Counted from the first letter of the stretch, positions 23,525-36,069 are shown. The stretch is DNA of 44,357 bases from Octopus bimaculoides (GCF_001194135.2 NC_068986.1:62815327-62859683); one strand, 5' to 3'. A program made the numbers and translations. The notes: a model not told the origin generated them from the letters alone.

Positions 23525-25402
23525 TTAGTCTGCACTTGACTCAGGTTTGCAGCTTGGTTCATCATAGTATTTCAAGAACCTCTGCTGGTGTGTCAATCTT
23601 GGAGCATGCATGCACATCATCAGCCAGTAGTATCCTGAGACTCACATAAAGTGGTTGTTGGTATTAAGCAGATGTCCTGACTAAAAAGTGAAAGAGTGTA
23701 CATTCCAAACTGGTCAGGTGTTTCTTGGTGAAAGCATAACAGTCAGGCTATAGTTTCTTTTCTGAGTGAGGTTGTCTAACATACTTGTGGCCTTTTCTCA
23801 TATTTTCTCTACATGGAGGCCTGGTCTCATCCAGATCCTGAGCACCTTAACCAAATTCTCTACTCAAATTCAGCAACAGAAACTACCATTAGCTGACATT
23901 GACTTACTTTTCCAGGTTCCAAACTGCAAACCCACCAACTTGTCCCTTTTGATGAACGCTTCTGTAATCAAGTACTCTTCTAAGATATGAGGTTGATCAT
24001 CATGATTTCTGAACTGTCTAACACTGTGTTACCTGCCTGTGCAGACACAGCTCTCCTATGTCCACATTTAAGTCAGATCTCCTCTCCAAAACATTGGTTC
24101 TCTGGAATTCCCTCTTTGCCCATGTCTTTCTTGCAGGGTTTGGCTTGCAATAATTTAAGCAAAATATTAATTGTATCAATTTCACTGAACTTTAAGGGTG
24201 GCTGAAGACAATAAGGCACTGCTCCTTTCTCCAGATCCAGCAGGCAAAAGAAAAGAAGGATGTAACTTTTAGGATATGTAGTTTACATGGATATGAACAG
24301 TAAAACAGATCATAGGCATGAAATATGCTTGAACATGTGATATGAACTGAAAAAGAAAATGTTAATAGCACAATCCAACAAAGGAGCTTCATGAAGTCAC
24401 TTCATTTTCTAATATCAGCAGTAAATCTTTCTCATCCATCTGTTTACCATTGGCGGTATGGTACATACTTCAGTTAGTTCATAATCTTAAATATAGGTTA
24501 AGAATGGTTAAATGACTAATTGAATGATTTGGCAATAGGCTGCATCCATGCTAAAGGTCTGTTCAAGCAGAGTTGACTTAATAAAAATAACAGAGGCTCT
24601 GTAACCATCACATTAGCAGTGGTAGTTTACTAACTGTATAAGTTCAGTATATTAGGTCAATGAGGAAGAAAGTTGATGATTAATGAAAATGTAGGGTCAG
24701 TGTGTCAAAAGTGATTATTAAACAAGAAATTAAAAATATATGATATGCAAGAATTAAGAAATAATAAATTGATATTCTGCTTACAAAGTACGAGGACACA
24801 CCATAAAGACATTGTGAGGGCATCTCATTATCTTTACATCAAATTTTGTTAATCTTTTGGTACATGTATATGAACATTTTCTGAAAATGAAAATATATGT
24901 AATTAAAATAATTAAAACTTCATTATAAAGTATCTAATTAAATATATTTTTGGAAGTTTTCAAGAAACTTTAATTAAATTCCTTATGTGCACCATGCACT
25001 TAAAAGATTAACATGGAAAGCAGCAACTTTTTCTGAAGATCTACTTGTATTTTTTTGCTACATTTGCCCAGAGTCCACATATATATATAATATCATACAT
25101 ATAATAATATCCTGAATATTCTCAAATTTCCATCGCACGTAATGAAAAAAATTAAATTGTGACACAAAAAAAAAACTCATCTAATAGATATCAAAGGCTC
25201 AATGGTCCTCAAATATATTAAATTCGAAAAATTTTCTGAAAAATCCAAGTTTCTTAGAGAACGCTTCAGTGGTTTACTTATGAACTGCAACTCACCTATT
25301 GCTGATCCTTGCACTAACACATGACTATTTTAACTTTAAATTTTTTAACACTATTTCCAACAGGAGTGTATTAAAACTGAAAGTCACCAAACCCCCTTGG
25401 CA

Positions 25403-25932
25403 GAATTCTGTTTTGCACACGGCATTTAACCGCTCATAACCTTTTAATTTTTGAAATTTTCAGAAAATTCTTGTGAATTTATGTTCTATGCATGTGAAAT
25501 CATATGACTATGCAAAAGCCAAAAACAAAAAAAATTTTTGTGTGAACTAATGGGTATTTAGCTGTTATTTTTAGCACATCTCACTTCCACATCATACCTT
25601 CCACATTTGTTTGTTACTCTGATGTATTGATATTTTTTAATATCTTTCTCTCCATAAACATATTTAATGGTCTATTGGTGGAATTTCAGCCAAAAATTCG
25701 GACTGTCCATATTTTTAACTATGATTTAAAACAAAAAAAGTTTGAAAAATCTTTTTGAAAACTTAAAAATAAAATTCAAAAGACAAATTTTTCTGAAGAA
25801 TTTAAAAAAACGGTTTTGTTTTCATTGTCATATTATTTCCTGTGTGTAGAACACAAATTCTCAAAAATTTTCTGAAAATCCCCCAAAATAAGAAAGTTAT
25901 GAGGAGTTATATGATGTGTATAAAGCAGAATC
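25403..25932. mobile_element. MITE-like / non-autonomous DNA transposon with long imperfect inverted arms (~25403-25526 and ~25812-25932)
   Basis: e.g. TAACCGCTCATAACC..ATTTTCAGAAAATT..GAATTTATGTTCTA vs reverse complement of TAGAACACAAATTC..AATTTTCTGAAAAT..GTTATGAGGAGTTA; non-coding, AT-rich. Confidence 0.55.
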
Positions 25933-27345
25933 ATACCCACAAGTTTTGCTGTTCTGAAACAAAAAAGAGTGGTGGGGTGATATAACTCACCCCTCTCTTT
26001 TTCTATTTTTTCAAACCAGCAAAAGTTGTGATATTGAGGGTTTGTAACTTTTAATTTTAATACATCTGGCATGTTTTTGGAGCTTTCCTATGTTTATTTA
26101 TGCATTCTTTAAATTTTATAGTCCTGCTATCACATTCCAACCCTTACAAAATTTATTTTCTGGTCTGGAAATTGCATCCATGTGTATGATGCTTCTTGCT
26201 TAATGTGCAATTTCTTTTTACTTGTGTGATGCTAGATTGTGAAAACACTGGAGTATTGTCACCACTTGTTTGTTTTTATGTACATTTGTGGCAGTCTAAT
26301 AAAGTTCCATATGAATATGGTCAGTTTTTATTTCATTTATTACTGTTGCCAAAACCTTCCTTCTCTGCAATAACTGTGTTTTTATGGGAAGAGTCATATA
26401 AATAAGACTTCAAATACCGTATATAACTTTATAATACATTTATCAACATTTAATTTAAGAACTCACATACACAAGGTTGGAGATTCATAGTTAAGGTTTA
26501 GTACTTTTGAAAGGTATCCTAGAAATGTTGATGTCTACAAGATTTATGACATCACAGCAGCCACTTCAATGCAAAAACTAAAAGAACTTGCATTGGCTTA
26601 CCACCATGAGAAATTTCAAGTTTATGTCAAATTCCAATCAAAGTTAGTAGGGGGAGGGTCAGTGTGGCCCCATCCTGTTGAGGAATTGGATGTAACAATA
26701 ACTTGTTGAGAATAGAGTTAATAAATGAGTCAGAAGTCAGATTTTTTATGTGCACCAGCCTAAAACATACCAAATACCTTTTGCTTACCATCAATAGTAA
26801 ATTCTTGAATTAAAAAAGAATCAAAGATCCTTCCTGAACCTTAGGCTTATAAAGCCAATTTCCTGAATTCTGTGGCACACATATTCTCCCTACTTCAAAC
26901 AAGATGCTGGTCTGTCATAGGATTACTCATTCTTGTCAGCTCTGAGTGGACTGGAGCAATGTGAAATGAAATATTTTACTCAAGAACACTACACATTGCC
27001 CAGTTCAGGAATCAAAACCACAATCTTAACCATAATTTTGCTTTTTCATTGTCTTTTTTATTTCTGGAACATTAAGCATCTAAACAACAGACCACTTGCC
27101 TACAAGTTCAAATACTGAAAATGTTTTGGAAGACAACTTAAATAGAGGACTTGTATACTATTACTTTCACCACTAGCATTATATTTTCTTTATTTTTTTT
27201 ATGTCAGTAAAAATACAATCAAATTATATATTACTTCAGAATCACCTGCAACTTTTCTGCTTAAGTTGAAATTAAAAATATAAAATGGCAGCAGTTTACC
27301 CATCGCACAATGTGTGTGTGTGTATATATATATATATAAATATAT

Positions 27346-27445
27346 CATCATCATCGTTTAACGTCCGCTTTCCATGCTAGCATGGGTTGGACGATTTGAC
27401 TGAGGATTGGTGAAACCAGATGGCTACACCAGGCTCCAATCTGAT
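27346..27445 (-). mobile_element. Extreme 3' end (~100 bp) of RTE-clade LINE with (GAT)n tail, in (TA)n
   Basis: CATCATCATCGTTTAA.GTCCGCTTTCCATGCTAGCATGGGTT is shared with the terminus at 29645-29688. Confidence 0.75.
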
Positions 27446-27577
27446 ATATATATGTATATATTCTGTATATACATATATATATTATATAGGGAGAATTCAC
27501 AAAAAAGGCAAAAGATGAAAACAGGTGGTGTAGACAACAAACAGATGTATTAGTTCAACTCTCAGGAAGTGAAAAAA

Positions 27578-27615
27578 TCTTTAACGTTTCGAGCCTACGC
27601 TCTTCCACAGAAAGA
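27578..27615 (-). ncRNA. Minimal type-I hammerhead-ribozyme-like motif in a PLE pseudo-LTR-like segment
   Basis: Minus strand UCUUU-CUGUGGAA-GAGC(GUAG)GCUC-GAAACGUU-AAAGA: 5-bp stem I, 4-bp stem II with tetraloop, GAAA core, palindromic AACGUU stem III; core deviates from CUGANGA. Confidence 0.55.
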
Positions 27616-27679
27616 AACAAGGAGGGAAAATAAAGAATGTGAAGGGGCTAGCGATCTATCATGGCGAATATGTATACTC

Positions 27680-29570
27680 CAACATACTACAACCCAAGAA
27701 ATGGACTGCACAAAATTTCCAAGTATTCAACAATGATGTTCCTATGCTATACAGGTTAGGTAAGGACCATGAACCCTACGTAAACCTTGTTATGGGACCC
27801 CCAACCCGATCAGTTTGCAGAGTGAATATCTTCAACAATTACAGGTTATCCTATTTCCTTGCACAGGTGTTACAACCACTCATTGAAAGGTCTCCAGATG
27901 TCTGCATGAGCACAGATGATCTCCTCAGTAGAATCAGTAGTTGTAACCACTACAACGACCTCACAGGTTGTATAGTGGGTAGTATGGATGTAAGTTTCGC
28001 TCTACCCATCTATAGACATAGATTTTTCTGTGAAAAAATGCATTGAGATTATCTGTGAGATTATCCACGAAGTCAACACTAGTCAACATGAGGTAACTAA
28101 GCTATGCCTGTTACTACCTAGACAATCATGACCTTAGTAGTTTCTGCCCCACCAGGTCACAGAGGGGAAGACCACCCACCATCACCTCAGCAGTGCAGAA
28201 AAGCACTGCAGAGTGCTGGAGTGGCTGCACCATACCCACCCAGGACCCTGAGAACAAGTCAGGTGAAAAGAATGATTGCACATGCAATATGGGCATAAGA
28301 ACCACCTTGAAGAACTACAGAGTAAAGTTTAGCAGGAAACTATACTTGCAGGTTCAAGTTGCAGCCTTTGGTGTCAGTGTGTCAGTGTGACTGGAGATCA
28401 TGACCTGATGGGAAAGAAAACTTAAACAATCTTTATCTGAACAATCCACAACTTTTTTGCTTTACTGTAGGTATGCAGATGACATTAATAGTCTAGTTAG
28501 GACAAACTCTAGTAACTGTAGTGTAGAAACCAAGAGGAGCATTATGGAGAGCATCTGTGTAGCTAACTCCATCCACCAAAGTATCAAGGTAACTGTAGAT
28601 TAGGCACCCTAACAATAGACTCTTTGTCTTTGATATTGAACTTTGGTTAGAGACTGTGAACAACAGAGTGCAGTTCCTCCACTTCTATTACATGAAACAC
28701 ATAGCTTCTAAATATGTTGTTCACAAGAACTCAGCTTTGTCACTCAACATGAAAATCAACATACTAATAGCAGATTTAGTTAGAACAATGTGTCCCCACT
28801 ATGCAAACCGTATGAAATGAAAGAAACATGCACAGAACTTCATGCACCACATGCAATTCTTTGGATATGACCAGAAAGATAGGGTTTGAGTATACAGGAG
28901 AGCTAGAAAGAAGTTATATAGCATGATACATATTGAAACCAGTGGTACCTGTCCTAGATAGAGAAATAAAGACTGGAATAGAATACTGAGAGTTTGTGAC
29001 AAAGCAAACAGGGTGAACATATGGTTGAAGGCCAACAAATATCAAGGAGTGATGTCTGTAGAGGTCACAGCCCATGGAGAACTAGCCCGAAGATTTAGGA
29101 AAGCTCTGAAGGAGGCCAAACTCAACATTGAGATAGTTGAAATGCCAGGGTGCTCAATCAGATCTCAATTATGTCGGACGTACACCTTTGAAAATACCAT
29201 ATGCACTAATGAGAACAGAATGGTATGTATGATTAACCTTGCATTAATTGTAGAACTAGAAATGTAGTCTACAGCATAAGGTGCATAGAAGGTGCTTGTA
29301 AAGACAAGAACATGACATACATTGGTGAGATATCTAGAAGCATTGCAGAGAGACTAAATTGAGATTTGAGACAAAATGATGATGGAAAACTGTCCTCCAT
29401 ACTCTACCAACATGGAGGCACATTGAGTTGACTTGATATCAGAATTTAATCCAAGCACCCGAAGGACCCAAGACTCAGACAAATACAGGAGTACGTCCTC
29501 ATAAAGGAGACATCCCCAGTACTAAAAGGGAGTATATGAGGAAGGTAGCGATACTCAAATACCCACAGTT
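27680..29570 (+). mobile_element. Penelope-like retroelement (RT plus C-terminal GIY-YIG endonuclease), degraded
   Basis: LY.LGKDH, GSMDV-ALYPSID (motif A), F..KLYLQ..G (B'), RYADD at 28469-28483, YYMKHIAS..V.HKNSA, RNVVYSIRC..TYIGEISRSIAER (GIY-YIG), RQIQEYVLI. Confidence 0.8.
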
Positions 29571-29607
29571 TATACATACACAAGTAGATTTGTTAGTAAG
29601 CTGTTAT

Positions 29608-29611
<4 letters not shown>

Positions 29612-29644
<33 letters not shown>
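29612..29644. repeat. (TG)n(TA)n microsatellite
   Basis: Seen directly. Confidence 0.9.
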
Positions 29645-29647
<3 letters not shown>

Positions 29648-31786
29648 TCATCATCGTTTAATGTCCGCTTTCCATGCTAGCATGGGTTNNNNNNNNNNNN
29701 NNNNNNNNNNNNNNNNNNNNNNNNNNNNNNNNNNNNNNNNNNNNNNNNNNNNNNNNNNNNNNNNNNNNNNNNNNNNNNNNNNNNNNNNNNNNNNNNNNNN
29801 NNNNNNNNNNNNNNNNNNNNNNNNNNNNNNNNNNNNNNNNNNNNNNNNNNNNNNNNNNNNNNNNNNNNNNNNNNNNNNNNNNNNNNNNNNNNNNNNNNNN
29901 NNNNNNNNNNNNNNNNNNNNNNNNNNNNNNNNNNNNNNNNNNNNNNNNNNNNNNNNNNNNNNNNNNNNNNNNNNNNNNNNNNNNNNNNNNNNNNNNNNNN
30001 NNNNNNNNNNNNNNNNNNNNNNNNNNNNNNNNNNNNNNNNNNNNNNNNNNNNNNNNNNNNNNNNNNNNNNNNNNNNNNNNNNNNNNNNNNNNNNNNNNNN
30101 NNNNNNNNNNNNNNNNNNNNNNNNNNNNNNNNNNNNNNNNNNNNNNNNNNNNNNNNNNNNNNNNNNNNNNNNNNNNNNNNNNNNNNNNNNNNNNNNNNNN
30201 NNNNNNNNNNNNNNNNNNNNNNNNNNNNNNNNNNNNNNNNNNNNNNNNNNNNNNNNNNNNNNNNNNNNNNNNNNNNNNNNNNNNNNNNNNNNNNNNNNNN
30301 NNNNNNNNNNNNNNNNNNNNNAAGTGGGCTGGCTACACCCCTGGCAGGGGCCTTGGATTTTGTTCTCACTTGGCTTGCCGGGTCTTCTAACGCACAGCAT
30401 ATTTCCAAAGGTCTCGGTCAGAAGTCATCGCCTTGGTGAGGCCCAATGTTCGAAGGTCGTGCCTCACCACCTCAGCCCAGGTCTTCCTGAGCCTACCTTT
30501 TCCACGGGTTCCCTCAACTGCTAGGGTGTGGCACTTTTTCACACAGCTATCCTCATCCATTCTCGCCACATGACCATACCAGCACAATCGTCTCTCTTGT
30601 ACACCACAACTGATGCTTCTTAGGTTCAACTTTTCTCTCAAGGACTGTCTAGTATGCACACTGACATTACACATCCATCGAGGCTTATGGCTTTATTCCT
30701 TGTGAGCCTACGCATGTCCTCAGCAGTCACGACCCATGTTTCACTGCCATGTAACATGGCTGTTCGTACACATGCGTCATACAGTCTGCCTTTTACTCTG
30801 AGTGAGAGGCCCCTTGTCACCAGCAGAGGTAAGAGCTCTCTGAACTTTGCCCAGGCTATTCTTATTCTAACAGCTACACTTTCGGCGTACCCTCCCCCAC
30901 TACTAACTTGGTCACCTAGATAGAGGAAGCTATCAACTGAGTCTAGTTTTTCTCCCTGGAATGTGACCAAAGTTGTTTTCTGCACATTTTCAGTGTTTAT
31001 TGCTCCTGAACATCTGCTACATACAAAAACTAACTTCCTAGTTAACCTTCCTTTGATATTGCTGCACCTCTTATGTGACCATAGCTTGCACTGGGTACAT
31101 CTTATAGAGTTTCTACCTATGCCTTTTCTACAGATTGAGCAGGGCTCTCTACTTGAAGGGGTTTGTGTTTTGTTTACCTTCCTACTTATTAGGACTTTGG
31201 TTTTAGCTAGGTTGACTAGCTTCCACACCTGAAACTTCTCCTCTAGTTCTGATAGTGACTCAGCAAGGTCACCAGCATAGAGGAGCTCCCAGGGGCATCC
31301 TGTCTTGAATTCCTTTGTTATCGCCTGGAGGACTATGATAAATAGAGGTGGGCTGAGGACTGAACCTTGGTGGACCTCTACCTCTACTCGGAATTCTTCA
31401 CTGTACTCATTGCCAACCCTCACCTTACTGACAGCGTCCCTGTACATGGCTTACACAGCTCTAACTAACCATTCTTCTATCCCTAGTTTCCTCATTGACC
31501 ACCAGATAAGGGATCGGTGGACCCTGTCAAAGGCTTTCTCCATGTCAACGAAAGCCAGGTACAGAGGTTTATCCTTGGCTAGGTATTTCTCCAGCAGCTG
31601 TCTTACCAGAAATATAGAATCAGAGGTGCTTTTGCCTGGCACAAACCCAAACTGCATCTCATCTAAACTGACTCTCTCCCTAATTAGTTGGGCTATGACC
31701 CTCTCCGTGACTTTCATTACCTGATCTAACAACTTGATACCTCTGTAATTATTTGTATCTAAAGCGTCACCTTTACCTTTGTAGCA
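29645..31786 (-). mobile_element. 5'-truncated RTE-clade LINE (RT, PHD finger, C-terminus, 3'UTR; N-gap 29689-30321)
   Basis: NCYKGKGDALDTNNYRGIKLLDQ, QFGFVPGKST, FVDMEKAFDRV, VHQGSVLSP, LLYAGDL, NLAKTKVL, FLYLG, MLHGSETW, WYGHVARMDEDS, GRLRKTW; (GAT)n tail. Confidence 0.92.
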
Positions 31787-34500
31787 GTTGAGAAGGAACT
31801 AAAAAAGGTTGGAAGACATGGAGGTAATTGAAAAAGTAGACTACTCAGAGTGGGCGGCTCCTACTGTATATATAAAAAAGAAAAGCAAAATAAGAGTATA
31901 TGTGGACTTCTCAACAGGTCTTAATGGTTGTTTAAAAAATTACAACTATCTGCCTCCAAGGCCAGAAGAAATATTTGCTAAGTGCAATGGTGGGAAAATT
32001 TTTTCCAAGCTGGATTTGTCAGAGGTCTACCTCCAATTATTGGTAGATGAGGAATGTGCTAAAGTATTAACAATTAATACTCATAAAGGTCTGTACCATT
32101 TCAAAAGACTGCCATTTGGGGTTAAGGTCACACCAGCAATATTTCAGCAAGTGATGAACACTATGCTAGCAGACTGTGAGTTTGTGGTCCCATACTTGGA
32201 TAACATATTGATCAAAAGTGAATTGAGGGATCAGCATATTGAACATACAAAAAATATTTTTAAAAGAATAAGTGATTATGGATTTAAAGTAAGGGAAAAT
32301 AAATGCAATTTTTTTAAACAAAAATAAAGTATTTGGGACAGGGGATTGATGAAAACGGATGAAAACCAGACCCTTCTAGGATCGGTGCAATAAAAAATAT
32401 GCCTGCTTCCACTAACAAAACAACATTACAAGCATTTTTAGATCTGGTAAGTTATTACCAGCTGTAAATACCTAAAATGTATGAGCTAAGAGCTCCGTTG
32501 AATAATTTGTTAAAGAAAGACATGAAATGTGACTGAACAAACGAATGTCAGAAAGCATTTGAGGAATTAAAAAAGAGATTAACATCAGAGTTATTATTAA
32601 CTCATTTCGACCCAAACCTGAAAATAATTGTGGCATCAGATGCCAGTGAATATGGTATAGGAGCTGTGATATTGCATAAATTTAATGATGGTAAGCTCAA
32701 AGCTATTGCACATGCATCAAAAGTTCTAGTAGCAGAAAAAAACTACAGCCAGATCGAAAAGGAGGCTTTATCATTAATTTTTGCAGTAAAGAAATAAATT
32801 CCTACACTGTAGGAAGTTTACACTGCAGATTGATCACCAACTGTTACTGTCTATTTTCGGTTCATAAAAGGGTATCCCCATGCATTCAGCAAACCATTTA
32901 CAGCGCTGGGGGACTACCCTGTTGAACTATGATTTTCAGATGGAGTTTTTGCCATCAAAGAAAATGGGACACACAGACGGGTTGTCTAGGCTAATTCCAA
33001 AATATAAGGAACCTTTTGAAGATACAGTGATCATACTTTGTGCAATGTAGTACATGATTTGTTGGTAATGCTAGAAGAAATTAAATTAAAATTGAAAAAA
33101 GATATGTTCACAAACAAGATTAAAAAAATACTGTTGCAAAGTAATATGAAAAATAATATAAATGAGCAGAATGCAGGTTCAAAGCATTATTCAGTATGTG
33201 ATGATGTATACACAATTGGTGGTAATACCTGAAGCACTGCATGTAGGACATCCGGGGATTGGTCAGATAAAAAGCCTCATAAGGAGTTATGTGTATCAGT
33301 CGAATATGGACAAACAAATTGATAGACTGGTAAAACAATGTAGGGGATGTGCTATGGCAACAAAGGCGCCCTCAATGCAGATACAGCCATGGCCAAAAAC
33401 AGATTCAGCATGGTCTAGACTGCATGTGGATTTTGTAGGACCAATAAATGGCTATTATTATATCATCGTGGTGGATAGCTATTCAAAATGACCTGAAGGG
33501 TGTAAATGTTCAAGACCAACCACAAATGTGACTATTGACATCTTGGAAGAATTGTTTGCTCATTATGGAATGCCTGATACGATCATGTCAGATAATGACA
33601 CACAATTCATGGTGAAGAAGTTCAAAAAATTCTGTAAGCCAGTCCAGATGAAGCATGTATTAACTCTGCCACACCTTCCAAGGTCAAATGGGTTGGTGGA
33701 AAGATTCATCGACACATTCAAGAGAGCCTTAAGAAAGACCAGACAGGAAGCTTTTGAAGATAGAAATATGACAAAGTTCTTACAGAATAACGCCAAATCC
33801 AAATACAGAGTCAGATAGGTCACCTGCAGATTTGATGTTCTCCAGAAAGGTTTGTTCTGTGTTTGACAAATTGTTGCCAAGTAGGAAATGGAAAACACAG
33901 AATTTGGGAAGTAGAACGAAATTTTTTTAAATAAGTGATGTAGTGTATTTTAAAATGAATTAAAATGGAAAACAGGACTGGGAACAAGGTAATATAACTG
34001 GATGTTTGGGTAATGTGGTGTACATGGTAAAAGGACCAAAATATGAATATAAAAGGCATTTTAACCAACTAAAGAAAAGATATACCAAAAATCAAGACAG
34101 GCGAGAAGTGAAGCAGAACTGACACATAGGTCGAACAAGAAAAGAAATGATGGAAATTAACGCCAAGAGAAAGAGATATGCCAATTTCTCATCAAAGAAA
34201 TAAAATTATGATAAAAATTAAAGAATAAATAAATGAATAAAAATAAAGGACAAAGCCAATCTCAAAGGGGGGAGGTGTTGTGTGGAAGTAGAACACTCCT
34301 ATTTGGTTGGCTCCTAATGGACTGTGCCATAATATAAATGGACATGTGCAGAGAGTGTGGAGAGAGCCTGTGAGCTGTGTAAAGCCGAGAGTTGCATATT
34401 ATCAAGTGTAATTACAAGTATTGTGTATCTTGAGAAGAATGATTTGTGAGGACGTTATTTACTATCCTGTTATATCATACGTCGAACATGCAATACAACA
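31783..34500 (+). mobile_element. 5'-truncated Ty3/Gypsy LTR retrotransposon (RT-RNaseH-integrase) with PPT and 3' LTR
   Basis: [90 protein letters not shown]; many stops. Confidence 0.92.
34264..34500 (+). repeat. Polypurine tract (34264-34275) and 3' LTR (34276-34500, 225 bp)
   Basis: AAAGGGGGGAGG immediately before TGTTG...CAACA termini; TATA-like TATAAA near 34333. Confidence 0.85.
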
Positions 34501-34529
34501 ATCACTTAACCACAGGGTGATTAAATTTA

Positions 34530-35220
34530 GCATAGCCCTGAAAGCCTTTCAATTTTCAGAGTGAGACACTGGAAGGGTCTGAGCAGCATTTCAGTCTACA
34601 AACAGTGACAGGTGATTTCTGGAAACTTTAAAGCCTGCTACTGATGTTTTCCTTTAGGAATAAAAGTCCTAGTAGGGTGTACTTCTAGAAAAACCCAGTT
34701 TTGTCAATACCATTCTGGTGTATTGCCACTTTCAGTAATTATTCTCTTAGTTCTTTGGGATAAAGAGTAGCAGCCTCTGTATCAATGCTGACAATTTCAC
34801 CAGTCATGTTAATGTGCAAATTAAAACCTTTCAAAACCATTCTTTAAGACTAAGAAAGGGCTTTGCATTAGAAACTGCAACTTCCACTTTCTGTAAATCA
34901 TCATACAAACTTTTAGGTTTTACTCCAATGATTATCATGTTAATTGGCATTTTACATATCTGATTGTCAATTTAGACAACAGCTTCTGCATCAGACCTTT
35001 GTCTATGAAAAAATGTTAGAGCACTTAAATTAGTTGCTGCTTAAGCACTTGGCCAACAGCTACAGTGTTGAGTTTCCATCTGCATAAAACCTTTGTAGAA
35101 CATCAGGATTAACATCAAACACAATCCCTTTATAGCATTTTGCACTACTACATTCACTTTCAATTAACAGTACTTTCTAGTCATGTTGAGTAAGAGTAAA
35201 GCACATATCTGACACCTTAA
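34530..35220 (-). mobile_element. Tigger/pogo-like transposase relic
   Basis: Minus strand EWF.RF..LHINMTGEIVSIDTEAATLYPKEL..ESG.TPE, PTRTFI.K...AGFKVS motifs of the Tigger HTH/DDE_1 region. Confidence 0.65.
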
Positions 35221-35751
35221 CACTTCAATCCAGCAGTAGTAGCTATAAACAAGAAATCCACATGAGAAAGTAAAACAGCAACAGCCAAGGAAAGTAATTA
35301 TGTTCTACATTGGCAAAATGTTCCAGTCGTATCACATCAGATGCAAAGATATAGATGAAAAAGCAAAAGAGATGGAGGACTAAAGTGAGAGGAAGTACTA
35401 TTTGATTAAGTTAGCAGCAAGACCCAAGTCAGTTGAGTTGGTGTTGCACAAACAAGGTGAAGAAGTTTCAAAGGAGGAAGTAGATGCTAACAAACATTTT
35501 GAGGTCGGTGAAAAATAAGGTCAGTTGAATTAGTGCATGTAAAAGTTAAGTTTGAGTGGAGGAGAGAACTAGTAGGTGCTGGTAATGTCCAAAACAAAAT
35601 GTGTATATTGCTTTTAAGATTATAAAATTTTACCCATATTTCCAGAAGGGGTCAAATCTTTGGTGATGCGGAGTATACCTGTAATTATAAAGTTATAACA
35701 ATAATGTTAATATGGAGGAAATAAAATGGAAAAGAAACAAAACAGATAACC

Positions 35752-35752
35752 A

Positions 35753-35809
<57 letters not shown>

Positions 35810-35826
35810 GTCTATCTATCTGTCTG

Positions 35827-35872
<46 letters not shown>

Positions 35873-35925
35873 TACATACATACATACATACATACGCACA
35901 CATATATACTTACATGCACACATGT
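35752..35925. repeat. Compound (TATC)n-(CA)n-(TACA)n microsatellite
   Basis: Seen directly. Confidence 0.95.
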
Positions 35926-36069
35926 GAGCACATAGGTACAAAACAAGATGGAGAAAATAGCACTCTAGAGGTAGAGAAAAATAGCTGAAAATCTTCACAG
36001 TCTGTTTAGTCTAAGATTCATGTGACTGATCATCTGACAGTAGTGAACTTTTGGAACATTAAGATAGTT

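Noticed and set aside
23540-24190. Possible RTE-like C-terminal relic on the minus strand
   Set aside because: Too degraded to confirm motifs by eye
26491-26709. 72-codon stop-free frame (LRFSTFERYPRNVDVYK...VWPHP)
   Set aside because: Length within chance expectation for six frames of 44 kb; no identifiable domain; could be a decayed TE
29610-30524. Long ORFs in the track crossing N-runs (also 15771-16157, 37268-38097, 39075-39454)
   Set aside because: Artefacts of assembly gaps and microsatellites
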